From Sphagnum compactum (taxonomy: Eukaryota), in contig OZ234493.1 in the NCBI GenBank assembly GCA_965153455.1, positions 4,030,001 through 4,094,000 of the forward strand: a DNA stretch of 64,000 nucleotides. The letters run 5' to 3'. This document shows, one piece after another, positions 1 to 11,719 of this stretch. Within the stretch, counting starts at the first letter, position 1, and the number at the start of each line of letters is the position of its first letter. The notes below the pieces were generated by a model. The model saw only the letters and a program-made list of their open reading frames with translations. It was not told where the DNA came from and did no database searches. The translations under genes and the position numbers were made by a program.

Positions 1-1596
1 CCAATGAATTTTGCACTTTCTCTTCTCTGCTGACCTGCACACAAAGCAGATATTGGGTTTCATTTGTCCTCTATCTCAAAAGAGCAAAGTCATGTGTTCT
101 TTATAGGTAGTAGCATCATGCAGCAAAGTATGTATGCTTCACTGTGTACTTGACATTTGGTAGAAACAAGAAAGATGTAAATGCACTCTGTTGAAAAATT
201 GACACAGGACAAAAGAATACAACAATGTACATGGGTAGCTTCAAGCAGTTGCCAGAGACAGACTGAGGTACTCAAAATCCTACAAATAACTCCCATCTTC
301 AATAGAGAACAATATGAAGTGCAGATAGCAAAGGCTGGACTCACCATAATCCTGTGGAGAAACCTGCTAACTTGCACATGACATTAAAAAAAACCCAATG
401 CACACAACCAACATTGTCAGCACCAAGTTGTATGACCGACAAAAAAAAGAATACCCTTTAACCCTTTTGGTAGCTACAAGTCAAAAACATTGATGCGACA
501 GGGAAAAAAGCCAGATGGTAAAACACAGCAGGACAGAGACATACCTCCTTTGGAAGCCTTCATCCGCTCTTTGATGTGCATGCTGGATTGGGGTTCCGGG
601 GCGGCAAGCTTAACCATCTGCCAAGAAAATTGACAAAACAAAGATGCTCCTGAGAAACGCACTCACATCCCTTGTTGCAGCCACCTGGACAAACCCTTTA
701 CTCTTCAAAGTAGAATTTGAATGGGAACTCACATTTTCATAAGGCCATGTACATCATGGAAACACATACATACCTCATGGTGGACTCTCTCAGCTTCCCT
801 CTGTGCCATCCTTTTAGCTTCCTCCCTGGTCTCTTGCTGATTCAGCTCCTCCATAGCAGCTCCCAGCAACGGTTTGTGTAGCAACCGTGAAGAATCCTGG
901 TAGAAAGAAAAACAATAAGTCCATCTTTCATACCTCCTTTCTCACAGCTCTTGATGCAAGTCAGTCATACCGAAGGCAAGACTGCACATCAACCAAAGAT
1001 CTTGCAGTTTGTAGGGGGGTTCAAGAATTCACAAGAACAGCTCTTACCATGACATGGGCTGCTGATTTACTCCTGTTGTAGACAGGGTTTTCGCCTCCTT
1101 TCCCTGTATCTGTCAAGGGCACAGCAACAGCGCGACCCATCTCACTCCTCCCGCTCCCCATGGGCCCCATGGACTTCATTCTCGTAATCTCGGAGGCTCC
1201 TGCAGCAGGAGGAACGCTACTACTGATGGCCAGTACTCCGCCAGCAGCGCTTTGAGCAGCGGGGGGAGGAGCCGAGGCGTCGAGCTCGAACAAGTCACTG
1301 TCCATCAGATTCCATTGCTGCAGAGGCGGTGGGGTCACAACGGCTGCATTCTCCAGATGTGAACTAGCAGTCCCCTCCACACCCGCGCCGCCGTGTGGTG
1401 CTTGTGGCTGAGCGAAGGTTTCTTGAGATTTAGTGGTTCCCCAGTCGATCAGGTCCACCTCGTTCCAATTCCTTGCCACCGCCGTTGTTGTCGTCGTCAC
1501 GTTACCGTTCGCCTTCGCTAAATCATTGGCCGCGTCCTCTGCGACGCCTTCTTCTCCGGACTCATCAGTGCTCCCCCTAACATCCCTTTCGATCAT
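1..1596 (-). CDS. Unidentified protein, 5' part (low-complexity N-terminus then a charged helical segment); continues beyond the left edge
   Basis: In-frame GT-AG exon chain: 1596-1048 (MIERDVRG...KSAAHVM), 896-774 (DSSRLL...AERVHHE), 617-545 (MVKLAAPE...KASKG), possible 19-nt exon 363-345, then 34-1. An acceptor-like site near 1662 and CT-rich sequence to about 2500 suggest a 5' UTR intron. No domain recognised. Confidence 0.7.
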
Positions 1597-2724
1597 CGTG
1601 TCTCTCTGGTTCTCTTCCTCTCCACTTTTGCACAAATCGCCTCCGACACTCCAAACTACACCTGATCAGAAGAACCCCAAGTCTCACACACCACTGATCC
1701 TCCTACAGGAACCTCGTCACCTGAATACTTTTATCTGGATGTCTCGATCACTCGCAATTTTGTCAACAACACCACCTTGAAGAACCTGCAGGGGCAGCAG
1801 CCCACATAGCTAGCACACCCACAAAAGATATTTCAGTGTAAGGCTCAAGAAAGCTCCTTAAACCCTACACATTTTGGTACACAACCCCCCCCCCCCCCCC
1901 CCAAAAGAAGACAGAAGACTGTTGCCAAAAAAAAAAAGAACCGCGAGAGTATTTTGGTTATGGAAAACGAACTCAAAAGCAACTCCGAAGAAGAAAGAAG
2001 CAGCAACAGCAGCAGGAGATAACGAACCAACAATCTCCAGAGAGCAGGAAACACGATGAGCGGGAAAAGAGAAGCTGAAAAACAGAAAGAAATAGTACCG
2101 TTCGAGAAGCGAAGAGTTGGCGAAGGAAGAAGAAATCTCCAGAGCAGGAAAAGGGAAGCCGACAACCGAAAGAGAGTTCAAGGAAGGAAAAGAATGGGCG
2201 GAAGAATAAGAACAATAAGCATTAGCAGGAGATGAGGAGATGAGAAGGAGGAGGAGGAGGAGGAAGCAACAATAGGGGCACAAAATGGTGAAGTAGAACA
2301 AGAGAAAACACGCCCAAAAAAAAAAAAGAAACAGAAGATATTTGGGGAAGGGAAAACGCGATGAGGAAGGAAAGGAGGAAGATGAGGACGATCGAGTAAA
2401 TTGGCAAAGAGAGCGCGGAATCGGCACAAAGGATTTGACAGAATCTACGGAATCTGATAAGAACTGGGGACAGATATACCTGAAGAAGAAAGGAGAAGAA
2501 CAAAGAAAGGTGGAGACCCGAGAAGGTTGAGACTCGACACTGTGTGCTCTTGACCAGGCCGTCTTTACCGCCGCCGTAAAGACCTGGCTCCCCCATTCTT
2601 TCTTTAGCGTGAATAGGCTTAGCCCTACTCGGAGGGCGCATTACTGCGCGTTTTTTTTTGGTTGGTGGCTAACTTCTTTCACCATGTGAAAATTATTTTG
2701 ACAAGTTATAGAGTACCTTCCGTG

Positions 2725-2982
2725 TTGTATAACTTGTTGTTGTTGCATAACTTGTTGTTGTAGTATAACTCCTTCTTGTTGTTGTTGTAATATAACTTCT
2801 TGTTGTTGTTGTATAACTTGTTGTTGTTGCATAACTTGTTGTTGTTGTTGTATAATTTCTTCTTGTTGTTGTTGTAATATAACTTCTTGTTGTTGTTGTA
2901 TAACTTCTTGTTGTTGCAAAACTTGTTGTTGTTGTTGTAATATAACTTGTTGTTGTTATTGTTGTATAACTTGTTGTTGTAA
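2725..2982. repeat. Compound minisatellite of TATAACTT(C/G)(TTG)n units
   Basis: Repeated 'tataacttgttgttgttg' and 'tataacttcttgttgttg' units; these produce the poly-Q and poly-N ORFs on the minus strand. Confidence 0.9.
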
Positions 2983-3333
2983 ATCATAGCCAAGGTTTCA
3001 AAAGGAACATGAAGAGCAAGGCGTATTTTAACAAGAATGTAAGACATAGTTAGGGTTTTGAAATGAACATGAAAGGTCATGCACATTTTTTTGATGGGAA
3101 TGTAAGTCATAGCCAAGGTCATGCACGTTTCAAAAGAAACATAAACCATAATTAAAGTTCCTATAGGAACACGAGGGGCTATATGCGTTTCAAAAAGGAC
3201 GTTGTTTATCATAACCAAGGAAATGATGAAAACAGTATGGGCTAGGTGCATTTTGAAAAGAATGTTTTACCAAAGCTAACGTCCCAATATCGGAGATTAT
3301 GATATTGTTTATGGAAGCACACAAATGTGTGTT

Positions 3334-4147
3334 TATTGTGATGTAGATTGGGTTGGCAATATGGATGATCACAAATCCACATCAAGTTATGCTTTCCTGT
3401 TGAGAAATGGTGCTATTAGTTGGAATAGTAAGAAGCAAACCTCCATTGTTATGTTATCAACATAAACTTCATATATGGCAACTTCACAAGCAACAAAGTA
3501 AGCAATGCGACTTTCATCAAAGTTGTATATCTTTAAATAAAAAAACAAGGCATTTCATACTTGCATGAAGCATATTGAGATTCATTATCATTTGGTACGA
3601 AAGAAGACTAAAGAAGACTTTGTTAAATTGGCTTATTGTAACACAAAGAATATGGTTATAAATATTTTGATCAAGGATTTTCTATTGACAAGCACGAATA
3701 TTTTTGACACTTGATGCGTGTGATTAAATGAGTAACTTCATAGTTTGTTGAATGAGGGTTTTGAATATCAACTTCGTACCAAGTCACTTTAGTTACATTT
3801 ATCAAATTATAGTTACTTGAAATATTTATGTTACATGCACATATTTTTGAAAATATAAAATATGTTAAAATAAGTTTATTTAAATATCTTTAGTTAAGTT
3901 TAGTGTGAGTATGTCAGTGCATGAGATGATGACCTTGTACATGTGCATGCATTTTTAGGGTAAGTGATATTTGCATGAGGTGTTCACCTCCTATTTAGAT
4001 TAGGCAAGAGCTTGAAGGTAGATTGTAGGTTTGTAGCAACATCTATGTGATCCTAAGGTTGAGTGGATAGGCGAAAAACTTGGTGATAAAAGCCATGTTT
4101 TTATCATCTTTATTCTTTCATCGATCTACTATTGTCAATTTCTAACA
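3334..4147 (+). mobile_element. Degenerate Ty1/Copia 3' end: RNase H remnant plus probable 3' LTR
   Basis: 3334 onward reads YCDVDWVGNMDDHKSTSSYAFLLRNGAISWNSKKQTSIVMLST*, and later FHTCMKHIEIHYHLVRKK...YCNTKNMVINILIK. These match the Copia YxDADWAG...SWxSKKQ and KHIEIxYHFVRE...ADILTK motifs, with stops. A decayed PPT precedes TGTCAG (3912)...CTAACA (4147). Confidence 0.85.
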
Positions 4148-4404
4148 TGCACAAGGAAAACAAAAACTAATGCGAACATTTAACTTCAAAATGCCCCAAG
4201 AGCTTTTACACACTGGAAGAGCACCTCCAAATATACTACAAAACTTGTGGGAGGTTTTTATAGTTTTTGAAATGCCTTCCTGGCTATTTTATTTTTCCCA
4301 TGATACCCAAAAGGTACCAATGCGAAAAAAATTAAAAACGTATAATATTTTTGGAATGGGTCTTTGTGTTGCCTTGAGCTTTAACTCCACACTTAAAAAC
4401 TTTT

Positions 4405-4725
4405 TATTGGCCTTGCCTACCAAGGCAAGGATATTGTGTTTAGATTCATTATAGAGTATAGTAGCTTAAGGGATTTTGGCCCCTAGGTAATAATAATAAT
4501 AATAGGTCTATTTTTATATGAGGATTTTTGAAAGATGATATTTAGGCTTGTGTTGAAACTTGAGATTAGTTATAGAGTTCTAATATCTTGAAGGACTTTT
4601 GGTTTCTTTTAGAGGGTTTTTTGAAGGTTATATTTTGGCATGGTGAAATATTTGAGTTTCCATAATTCTTCTTTTTGCCTTAAGATACTCTTTAATGTAA
4701 ATGGCAAGGCCACATTTGTGACACA
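4405..4725 (+). repeat. Dispersed repeat ending in TGTGACA (probable LTR 3' end), copy 1
   Basis: The same ~250-300 bp sequence occurs at 19610-19853 (+) and 58492-58805 (-); all three end in TGTGACA. Confidence 0.8.
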
Positions 4726-5515
4726 CCACCCCTTGTTTCTATTTGGAAGCAAATAGGTAAGCAGATCTTATTGCCAAAGAAGAAAGCAACAACCCACAAG
4801 GCCAAAAATTGCCCCCACACTCAACCACTGTGAAGGGTGCATGTGCATGTGTGCTCTTCACCTGTCAAAGACTGCTCCAGAAACTACCCTTTCACACCCA
4901 AAGACTAAATCACATACATACATGCCTTTCACAATTTGAAGGCTCTTCATAAATTTGTTCTAGGTTCTAAAAATATATTGACCCCTAATGAAGCAAAAAA
5001 AAATTTGGGGGGGGGGGGGGGGAGAAGAAAAATTAGGAAATTAGGAAAAAATTATTAAATTTTTAGTCTAATTTTGACTTTTTAAAAAAATTTAAAATAT
5101 TTTCAGATTTTAATAAAAATTTTGAGGGAAAAAAAAAACTTGGAGGTCAAAGATGGAAAAAAATTAAAATTTTCAGTTTTTGGTTAGGTCTTTTTTGAGA
5201 TAGATATTTATATATGTAATGCAATTATTTGATTTTTCAAAAGTGCATGCATTGGGCCTCTAGTTGGTTAGGGTTAGTTGGTCCACCATTTGCCTCCATT
5301 TTGGACTCATAGGGTGTGACCGACAAGAGGTGGTTCCAACATTGGGATTCTTTCAAAGAAAAATTGTCACCTAGCGTGACATTCCAAAACATGGAAAATT
5401 CAAAGGTTTCATTCTTATTTGAAAAATAGCATTTTGAATTTGACCTTATTACCCCGTGGTGCTGTACTTGGTCAATACGGTTGGTTGCCGTACTAGGATA
5501 CATGGATTGTCAAAA

Positions 5516-6110
5516 TATTTATTTATTTATTTATTTATGTATTGGGCCCTGCCCCCACAGGGACGGGGACTATCGCATTGGATCCAACTTTTGGAAGTTT
5601 TACCTTATTAGAACCAGTTTCACATTAGGTGAACGGATTTCTTTGGTGAAAGTTTTTAGACTGTTTTGGCGCCCCGATCTTAGATGTAGGTTGACTAACC
5701 GTCGTTGGTGTCAGCTGCGAAGCCAATGTTTAGCCGGCGCAGTCACAGGCAATCAGCTGCTCCCCAATGCCTCGTTGGAGCACGACGAAAAGGCGCTGAT
5801 TGATCTGGTAGATGGTCTGTCCTCAAGGTCGGTTGTGTTTGTCAGCGTGACGGATGACAATCTTGCGGATCATGATGCGCGTCTCAAAGACGAAGCCGCT
5901 GAACGTCTCTCAGGCCATGACGATCAAGCGCAAGCCATTGCGGTGACACTTCTCGTCGTCGTCGGAATGCTTCTTGATGACGACGACCTTGGCAACGACC
6001 AGACTGTTTAGAGTGGAACAGATTTTTGGGTGTTGAAATTGTGGACACAGTACGTAGATGTACAAAATCTTATCTATTGGCAGTGTTTGTGATGCCTTGT
6101 TCAACCTCGG
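5516..6110 (-). mobile_element. 5'-truncated non-LTR retrotransposon with a restriction-like endonuclease C-terminus (CRE-like), 3' UTR and (TAAA)n tail
   Basis: One minus frame reads KKHSDDDEKCHRNGLRLIVMA*ETFSGFVFETRIMIRKIVIRHADKHNRP*GQTIYQINQRLFVVLQRGIGEQLIACDCAG* (stop 5732-5730). This resembles the KxxKY...ETFG(G)...QRxSxxxQRG end of CRE-type elements. A (TAAA)n run follows at 5538-5516. Confidence 0.7.
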
Positions 6111-6950
6111 GCAAAGACTTGCCTTGTCCTCTACATGAGTTCAAGTTAACTTTGTTATATCATCGCCATTTTCCTTGATTGGTTTTTTGGTTGAATTTTT
6201 GTACCAAAAGCTCTTGAGCAATGTAAACTTTGAATCCGACAATTAGATATGTAATCACATTCATGATTGATATAGAGTGGATTGGACCATATATTCCTAC
6301 CAAAGGCTTCCCAATAGAGATAAAATGAATGTGAAAAGGGCTTAAGCTCTTAAGGATTAAAGACTCATCAACAAGTTATATATCTTGTAAGCCCTATATA
6401 GTACACTAATGTTATAATCCTTGTAAGTATTACAAGTAAGGTTTACAATATTGGTAGGTTCTTTGAGTGTAGGTTGGAGCTCAATTCTTCAAAATTTTAA
6501 TCTGTTTTTTAAATTTATTTTGACACATTTTTTCAGATTCAAGAAAAATTGGGTCCAATTTCAAAAACTAAGTTCAATTCCACATATACATAACACACTC
6601 CTTAATACTAAAAACAATATATATAGGTAGAGAGATTTACAACAAATTAAAATTGAAGAATGGATAGGCATGGAGTCCAATGTTTTTTTTCTTTTTTTCA
6701 AGCTTGTGAAGTTGCCACATTGAGAATTGGTCTCTAGGGGATTTAGCCACATTTAACTTAGACCAACTATGAAGATTAAAAAATTATTAAAATTCTTTAA
6801 TATCCTACATTCTTGAGCAATGTATAGAAACATAGTGATTTTTTCGGGAAAAATAAAATGAACTCATCAAATGATGAAAAGTCGCCCAAAGAAAAAAAGT
6901 GGGTCTCGCAACTAATTAAGGCCCACATTAAGGCCCGTTAAGTTGCAAAT

Positions 6951-7164
6951 CTTGCTTCCCTTATGTACTCTATATGTATTTTATAACATCTTAACAATGT
7001 GTTCAAAATTAAATGTTAATGAAAAATAGATCAATCATTAATATGATGTTGTATTGATAATGTAATGCAATTTCTATTATCACAATGTGTTACAATGTCA
7101 TCATAATTTCAAATCAATGATCGTGTCAACATTTTATTAACACTTAACTTTGAACACATTGTTA

Positions 7165-7203
<39 letters not shown>

Positions 7204-7317
7204 TAGCACTTAATTTTGAACACATTGTTATAATATTATAAAAACATATATATTAACACTTAACATTGAATACATTATTAAAATGTTATAAAAACACAAA
7301 TATATGAAGGGGGCAAG
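6951..7317. mobile_element. MITE-like foldback with a triplicated right subterminal segment and a (TA)n run
   Basis: Ends CTTGCTTCCCTTAT and ATGAAGGGGGCAAG are imperfect inverted repeats. 6981-7020 is inverted relative to three copies of 'ttaacacttaactttgaacacattgttata' near 7137, 7203 and 7252. No TSD seen. Confidence 0.55.
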
Positions 7318-8177
7318 TCATCCCAATATACTTATCAAACTATTATACTCCCTTATTGAATTCAACAACAAACTGTCAAATAATTAATTAAAATTAAAAT
7401 TTTACCTTCGACACACTTTTGATATTTTCATTTTTAATTTTTTAATTTTTTGACAAGTAATGATTATAAAAAAAATTCAATAAACACTTCTTTTTTTTAA
7501 AAATGTTTATGGGAGTCTCAGTCTTAAGTTTTTGAACTTTAAGGTCTGTCGTTCAAACCTGAAAGTCGAAAACTTGCAGATTCTTAATTATTGTAATAAT
7601 TTCAAAAAAATTGACAAAATGAAAAATAATTTAATTTATGCTGAAACCATTCATGTACTTACAGTATGTGAAATATTATAAATAAATTTATAAATTAAAA
7701 TAAATTTTTTATTAATAATTAAAATTAAAATTAAAAATTAAAAATTTTATTAATTGACTCAGAGGGCTTGAAGATGGGGTCCCTCCCATCAGCCTTTTTT
7801 TTGCTGACTATATATTTATATATATATAGCCAAAAAAAGCTATGTCAAAAGTTAAAAGTGCCAAAATCAAGTGATTTTTGGGGATTTTCAATAAGCCATA
7901 ATTTGATTTAATAGAAAATAAAAATCGCCATATTTCTATCAGATTCGTCGCATCGGTTCTTCTCTCGACGCTGCTTCTGGGGCCAGCGACGCTTTGCACA
8001 AGCAGAGAATTTCACTTCTTGTCACGGCGTTGCTGATTCGGCCAGCAACCCCGTGATCCTAGTGCGCACAGTTTTTCTTCAGCTCTACATCTTGCTAGTT
8101 ACGGAGATCACCATCTCGCTAGTTACGGAGATCAACCGCCAAGAGAACCTACTAGTGAGCTTGTCAAAATAAACCCC

Positions 8178-8185
8178 AAACCCTA
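8178..8185 (+). promoter_or_regulatory. Telo-box AAACCCTA in a GC-richer leader-like region
   Basis: Exact AAACCCTA with degenerate neighbouring copies, upstream of exon-like sequence. Confidence 0.45.
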
Positions 8186-9468
8186 AAACCTAAACCCTGT
8201 ATTGTAGTTTGCAGCAGGAATCGAAATCTGAAACTTGTATGACCACAGTGCATTTTTGTTTCTCGCATTTTTGTTTAGATAATCCCTGGCGTAGGAGATG
8301 TTTTGGCAGCTTCCTTCAAATTTGGAATTTCTTGACATTTGTTGAAGGAAGCTGAAAAGCAACAATTCCCTCATGAAGCTTTTTAGTCGACTGGGAAACT
8401 GGATGGGGGATAAGAATTTTCTGTTTCCAGCTCAAGGATGTAGCTGAATCGAGGATCAAAGATGTGATTTCTAGCAAGATGACCCATTTGACATTGAAAC
8501 AGAGAGTTTGAGTTTAGGGTTTAAGATTTAGGGATTTCCCCAACACAAGGATACTTGATCAAAATTCAGAACTTCTTCCTCAATCAGTTGTTTTTTCTGG
8601 GAGATGCAAGCAGAGAAGGTGCCTATCTACCTACCTATTTAAGTGCTGACCTTCTCAAAAAACTCTGCCATAAAGTTTAAAGAATCAGAAAGTGCGCTTG
8701 CTTACAAGTTCTTCCACCACATCCTCCCCCAATTCACATTCACCACCTCTATGTCCAATTTTCCATGATCCCATCCCAGGTTGCACAATAGCATTAGGGG
8801 TGCATGGACTGGATGGACTTGTGGTGGCTCCTTGATGCAGCTACTACTGTTGGAACTGATGAAGCCAATGGGGATGACATGGTGTGTGGGTATTTGTCAT
8901 TTCCATACATGTTTTTGTTGAAAATCCCTGAAAACGCATATGACTGCCGCTGTCATTCAAACCACTCCTCAGTTTTCATCTTGTTTTCTAATTTTGTTTT
9001 TTCTTTTCTTCGGGGTTGGGTTTCCTCTTTTTCATGCTTGCTTGTCAGGTCTGAAATATTCATAACCCTATATTTTTGGGTTATCTCTCAATTCTATTCA
9101 TGTTGAGTAACATTGTAAGTATTGAGAAGTTTTCAGTACCTACGAGGGTATCTTTTGACTAGGCTGTCTGCTTTCTCAGATACATTTTGTGTCTATTTAC
9201 TGTCAGGTTGTGCACTACGCTTAAATACAAGCTAGCGTTCTCAGAGCAGAGATGTGAGATCATCAATGCAATTAGGGTAGCTGATCTGCAATTTTGGGGG
9301 AATTTTTTCCCTCAAGGTCACAATCATCCACTTTCATCCTCTTGTAGTGCAAAGGCAGGAGGATTTACACTGGAGCTCTATCACTGTTTGTCTTATACCA
9401 GCATTTGATCATGGATTTGTGTAGGTGATGTACATCATTCTCTTCAAAGCAGATTGAAGACTCTTTGA

Positions 9469-10588
9469 GATTCTTTAGAAACAGCTTGGAGGGCAGAGAT
9501 GGACTCTTTGAAATCTATTCTAAATGGGGCCTCTCCATCAAAACTTGGACAGATAGCCCTTGTTTAAACTCTTGCTCAGCAAATTCAAAAGCAGGCTAAA
9601 CAACATCTTCCAACTGTCATATCTGGGTGTGTCCTGGCCTCTTTTCCTAAACTAGTTGACCATTTGACATTGGTGAACAGAAATGTTTTTGTGGGTGATG
9701 GGTTTATTAGTGTATATCTTTGAGTCCAATTTGAACTTTTAAGTCTCTGCACAATTCTGGGTCAAGGGTTGTGCTGCCAAAAAGTAAGTGTTAAGTCAAA
9801 GAAATATACATAATGCACACTTGTTCCCATGGAACAATGAGTATTATGTTCTTGGAAGAGTTGGCAATTGAATCCAAGAATGACAAACCTACTGACACAC
9901 TGATCTGGAATTGTTATTCCAAAGTTCTAAATGGTGGAGTGCTGCTCTGGCAGATTGGAGGGAAGATCACAACTTGTAAAACAGGAGTTGGTAAGGCTAG
10001 GAGAGCAATGGGTGCAGACATCTGAAGCAACAAGGGCAATTGCTTTGGAGCTTTGTCATGAGTTGGAAGACATGTTTTTACAGCATATTGATACTGGAGA
10101 AGTGAGGAGCTACCACCACTAGTTGTAGTTATATGTTGTGTGTTGATGCACTGAAATGAACTGTCACAGTTGTTGACACCACAAGACTTGTTCTTTCCTT
10201 GCAAGTAACACCCCTGACATACGCATACTAGTGGCTATCATGCATTTGACAGGGTGCATGTGCAACTTCACAGGGAACTAGTGGGAAAGTGGTGGCAAGT
10301 TTTAAAGGAATACTTCTAAAAAGGATCAAAGGACTTCCACTGGATAGTATGTTTGAGATGAGCAGTATTAAGAAGGTAAGGTGTGTATCGGTCCATGGGA
10401 ACTTGCTCAACTCACTTGGACATGTTGTAATGCTGCAGAATTTAAGATCTTGTTGCCTTGTATCAGTTGATCCTTGAGGCAGATGGCTACCAGCCATATT
10501 TTTTGTCCCCTGAAAAGGGTCACAGAGCACTTATTCAAAAGGCATTGGAGTTGGCCAAGGACCCCCTGCAAAACTTTGTGTAGATGAG
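9469..10588 (+). pseudogene. DRP2: Dynamin-related protein 2 (DRP2A/B-like) internal fragment, four exons, disabled
   Basis: Exons 9469-9626 ([38 protein letters not shown]...), 9954-10101 ([18 protein letters not shown]...[11 protein letters not shown]), 10274-10375 (KVVASFKG...RIKGLPLD) and 10467-10588 ([16 protein letters not shown]...[13 protein letters not shown]) match the recalled DRP2 sequence. There is a TAA at 9565-9567, a frameshift near 10565 and no GT donor after 10588. Confidence 0.9.
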
Positions 10589-10779
10589 AAATCTTTGTAT
10601 TTTCCCTTCATTGATCCCTGTTCATGAATTAGACCACATTTGTCAAGTTCAAGTGGGCACTTGTAAATAATTGTCTAAAAGTCCAAGATTCCATGAAAAT
10701 GCAATAGGCAAAATTTGACCTATCTATGCAAAAGATCCAGAATATTGTCATTACAAACACATCATGGAACTACTCATTG

Positions 10780-11477
10780 GATTAAAGAGTTATTTATACC
10801 ATTAGAAAGCTCTTGAAACGTAAATGTTTAAAATGAGCTCGCATAATTCATTTGAGTACTTAAAACACAAGTTATGGTCAAAAAAAGGGTCGGGAGTCAA
10901 AATGTCAATTTGATTCTCGACCATTAAAAGTTTAGAATCACCCTGAAATACGTTTATGAAGGTGGCATGCCACATTTCTTTGGAAAGCTCTCGACAAGGG
11001 TTACAACTTTGTTTCAAACTTCACCTCAATCAGAGGTCTACACAAAAAGTTATGGGCCGTCAAAATGCCAGGAGTCTCAATTTCGAGAATTTCGGGACTC
11101 CCAACTTGAGAGTTCTGGGAAAAATGACATTTGGATGTAACCCCGGTGGCTAATCAGAAAGAATACTATAAAGGGGGAGGTTATGGCTTCCCCCAAATCC
11201 GGTCCGTGGTGAGTCTCATGAGTCCATGTATGCCCATGGCTCGTCCGTGCACCAAAAGTGTTCCAAATATGCACTAACCAACTTGTTGTTTGACCTGTGC
11301 AGGTCTGTGTGAATAGTTGACCTGCTTGTCACTCATCATAGTCCCCATCTCGGAGTTCCAACATGCCCCTTTTACCCCAAACTGTTGCAAATTAAAAAGT
11401 GTGCCCAACTTTTTTTTCCATTATTTTCACCTTCGAACTCACATTTGAATCTTTCAAAGAGTTTGGGGGTGTGTCAC
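10780..11477. repeat. Probable high-copy interspersed repeat (solo-LTR-like), ending GGGGGTGTGTCA
   Basis: Non-coding block with an internal duplicate of 'gaaagctct(t/c)ga' and a TGTCA terminus. It resembles a repeat I recall from bryophyte genomes, but it is single-copy in this window. Confidence 0.45.
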
Positions 11478-11719
11478 CCCCCCCCTATATTGGTGTTACC
11501 GCATATGGTTCCAGCCCCTTGTTTATGTTCTATCTGAATCTCATGTATTCAATTTCTCATGAAAAAGTTGATTGTAACCATGTTTGTGCACCATTTTTTG
11601 CGATATGAGCTTGCACCTTGTTTTACTACCACCAAAATCTAAAGCTTCAATATGTTTATGTTCTATAGTTTAATAGGGTTTAAGGTTTGAACCTTTTAAC
11701 ATGACACCAGGCCGAAATG

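Noticed and set aside
667-684. 18-nt in-frame mini-exon (VAATRD) with AG/GT borders
   Set aside because: It would leave a 49-nt intron, short for plants, and the flanking exons join in frame without it.
1845-2641. Several Leu/Phe/Ser-rich ORFs
   Set aside because: By-products of a GA/CT-rich leader region; no domain or coding signature.
5481-6011. 176-aa plus-strand ORF
   Set aside because: Antisense shadow of the CRE-like retroelement remnant.
8640-8765. Resemblance to a mitochondrial L51/S25/CI-B8 domain (ALAYKFFHHILPQF)
   Set aside because: Needs a frameshift and rests on few residues; another frame looks equally protein-like.
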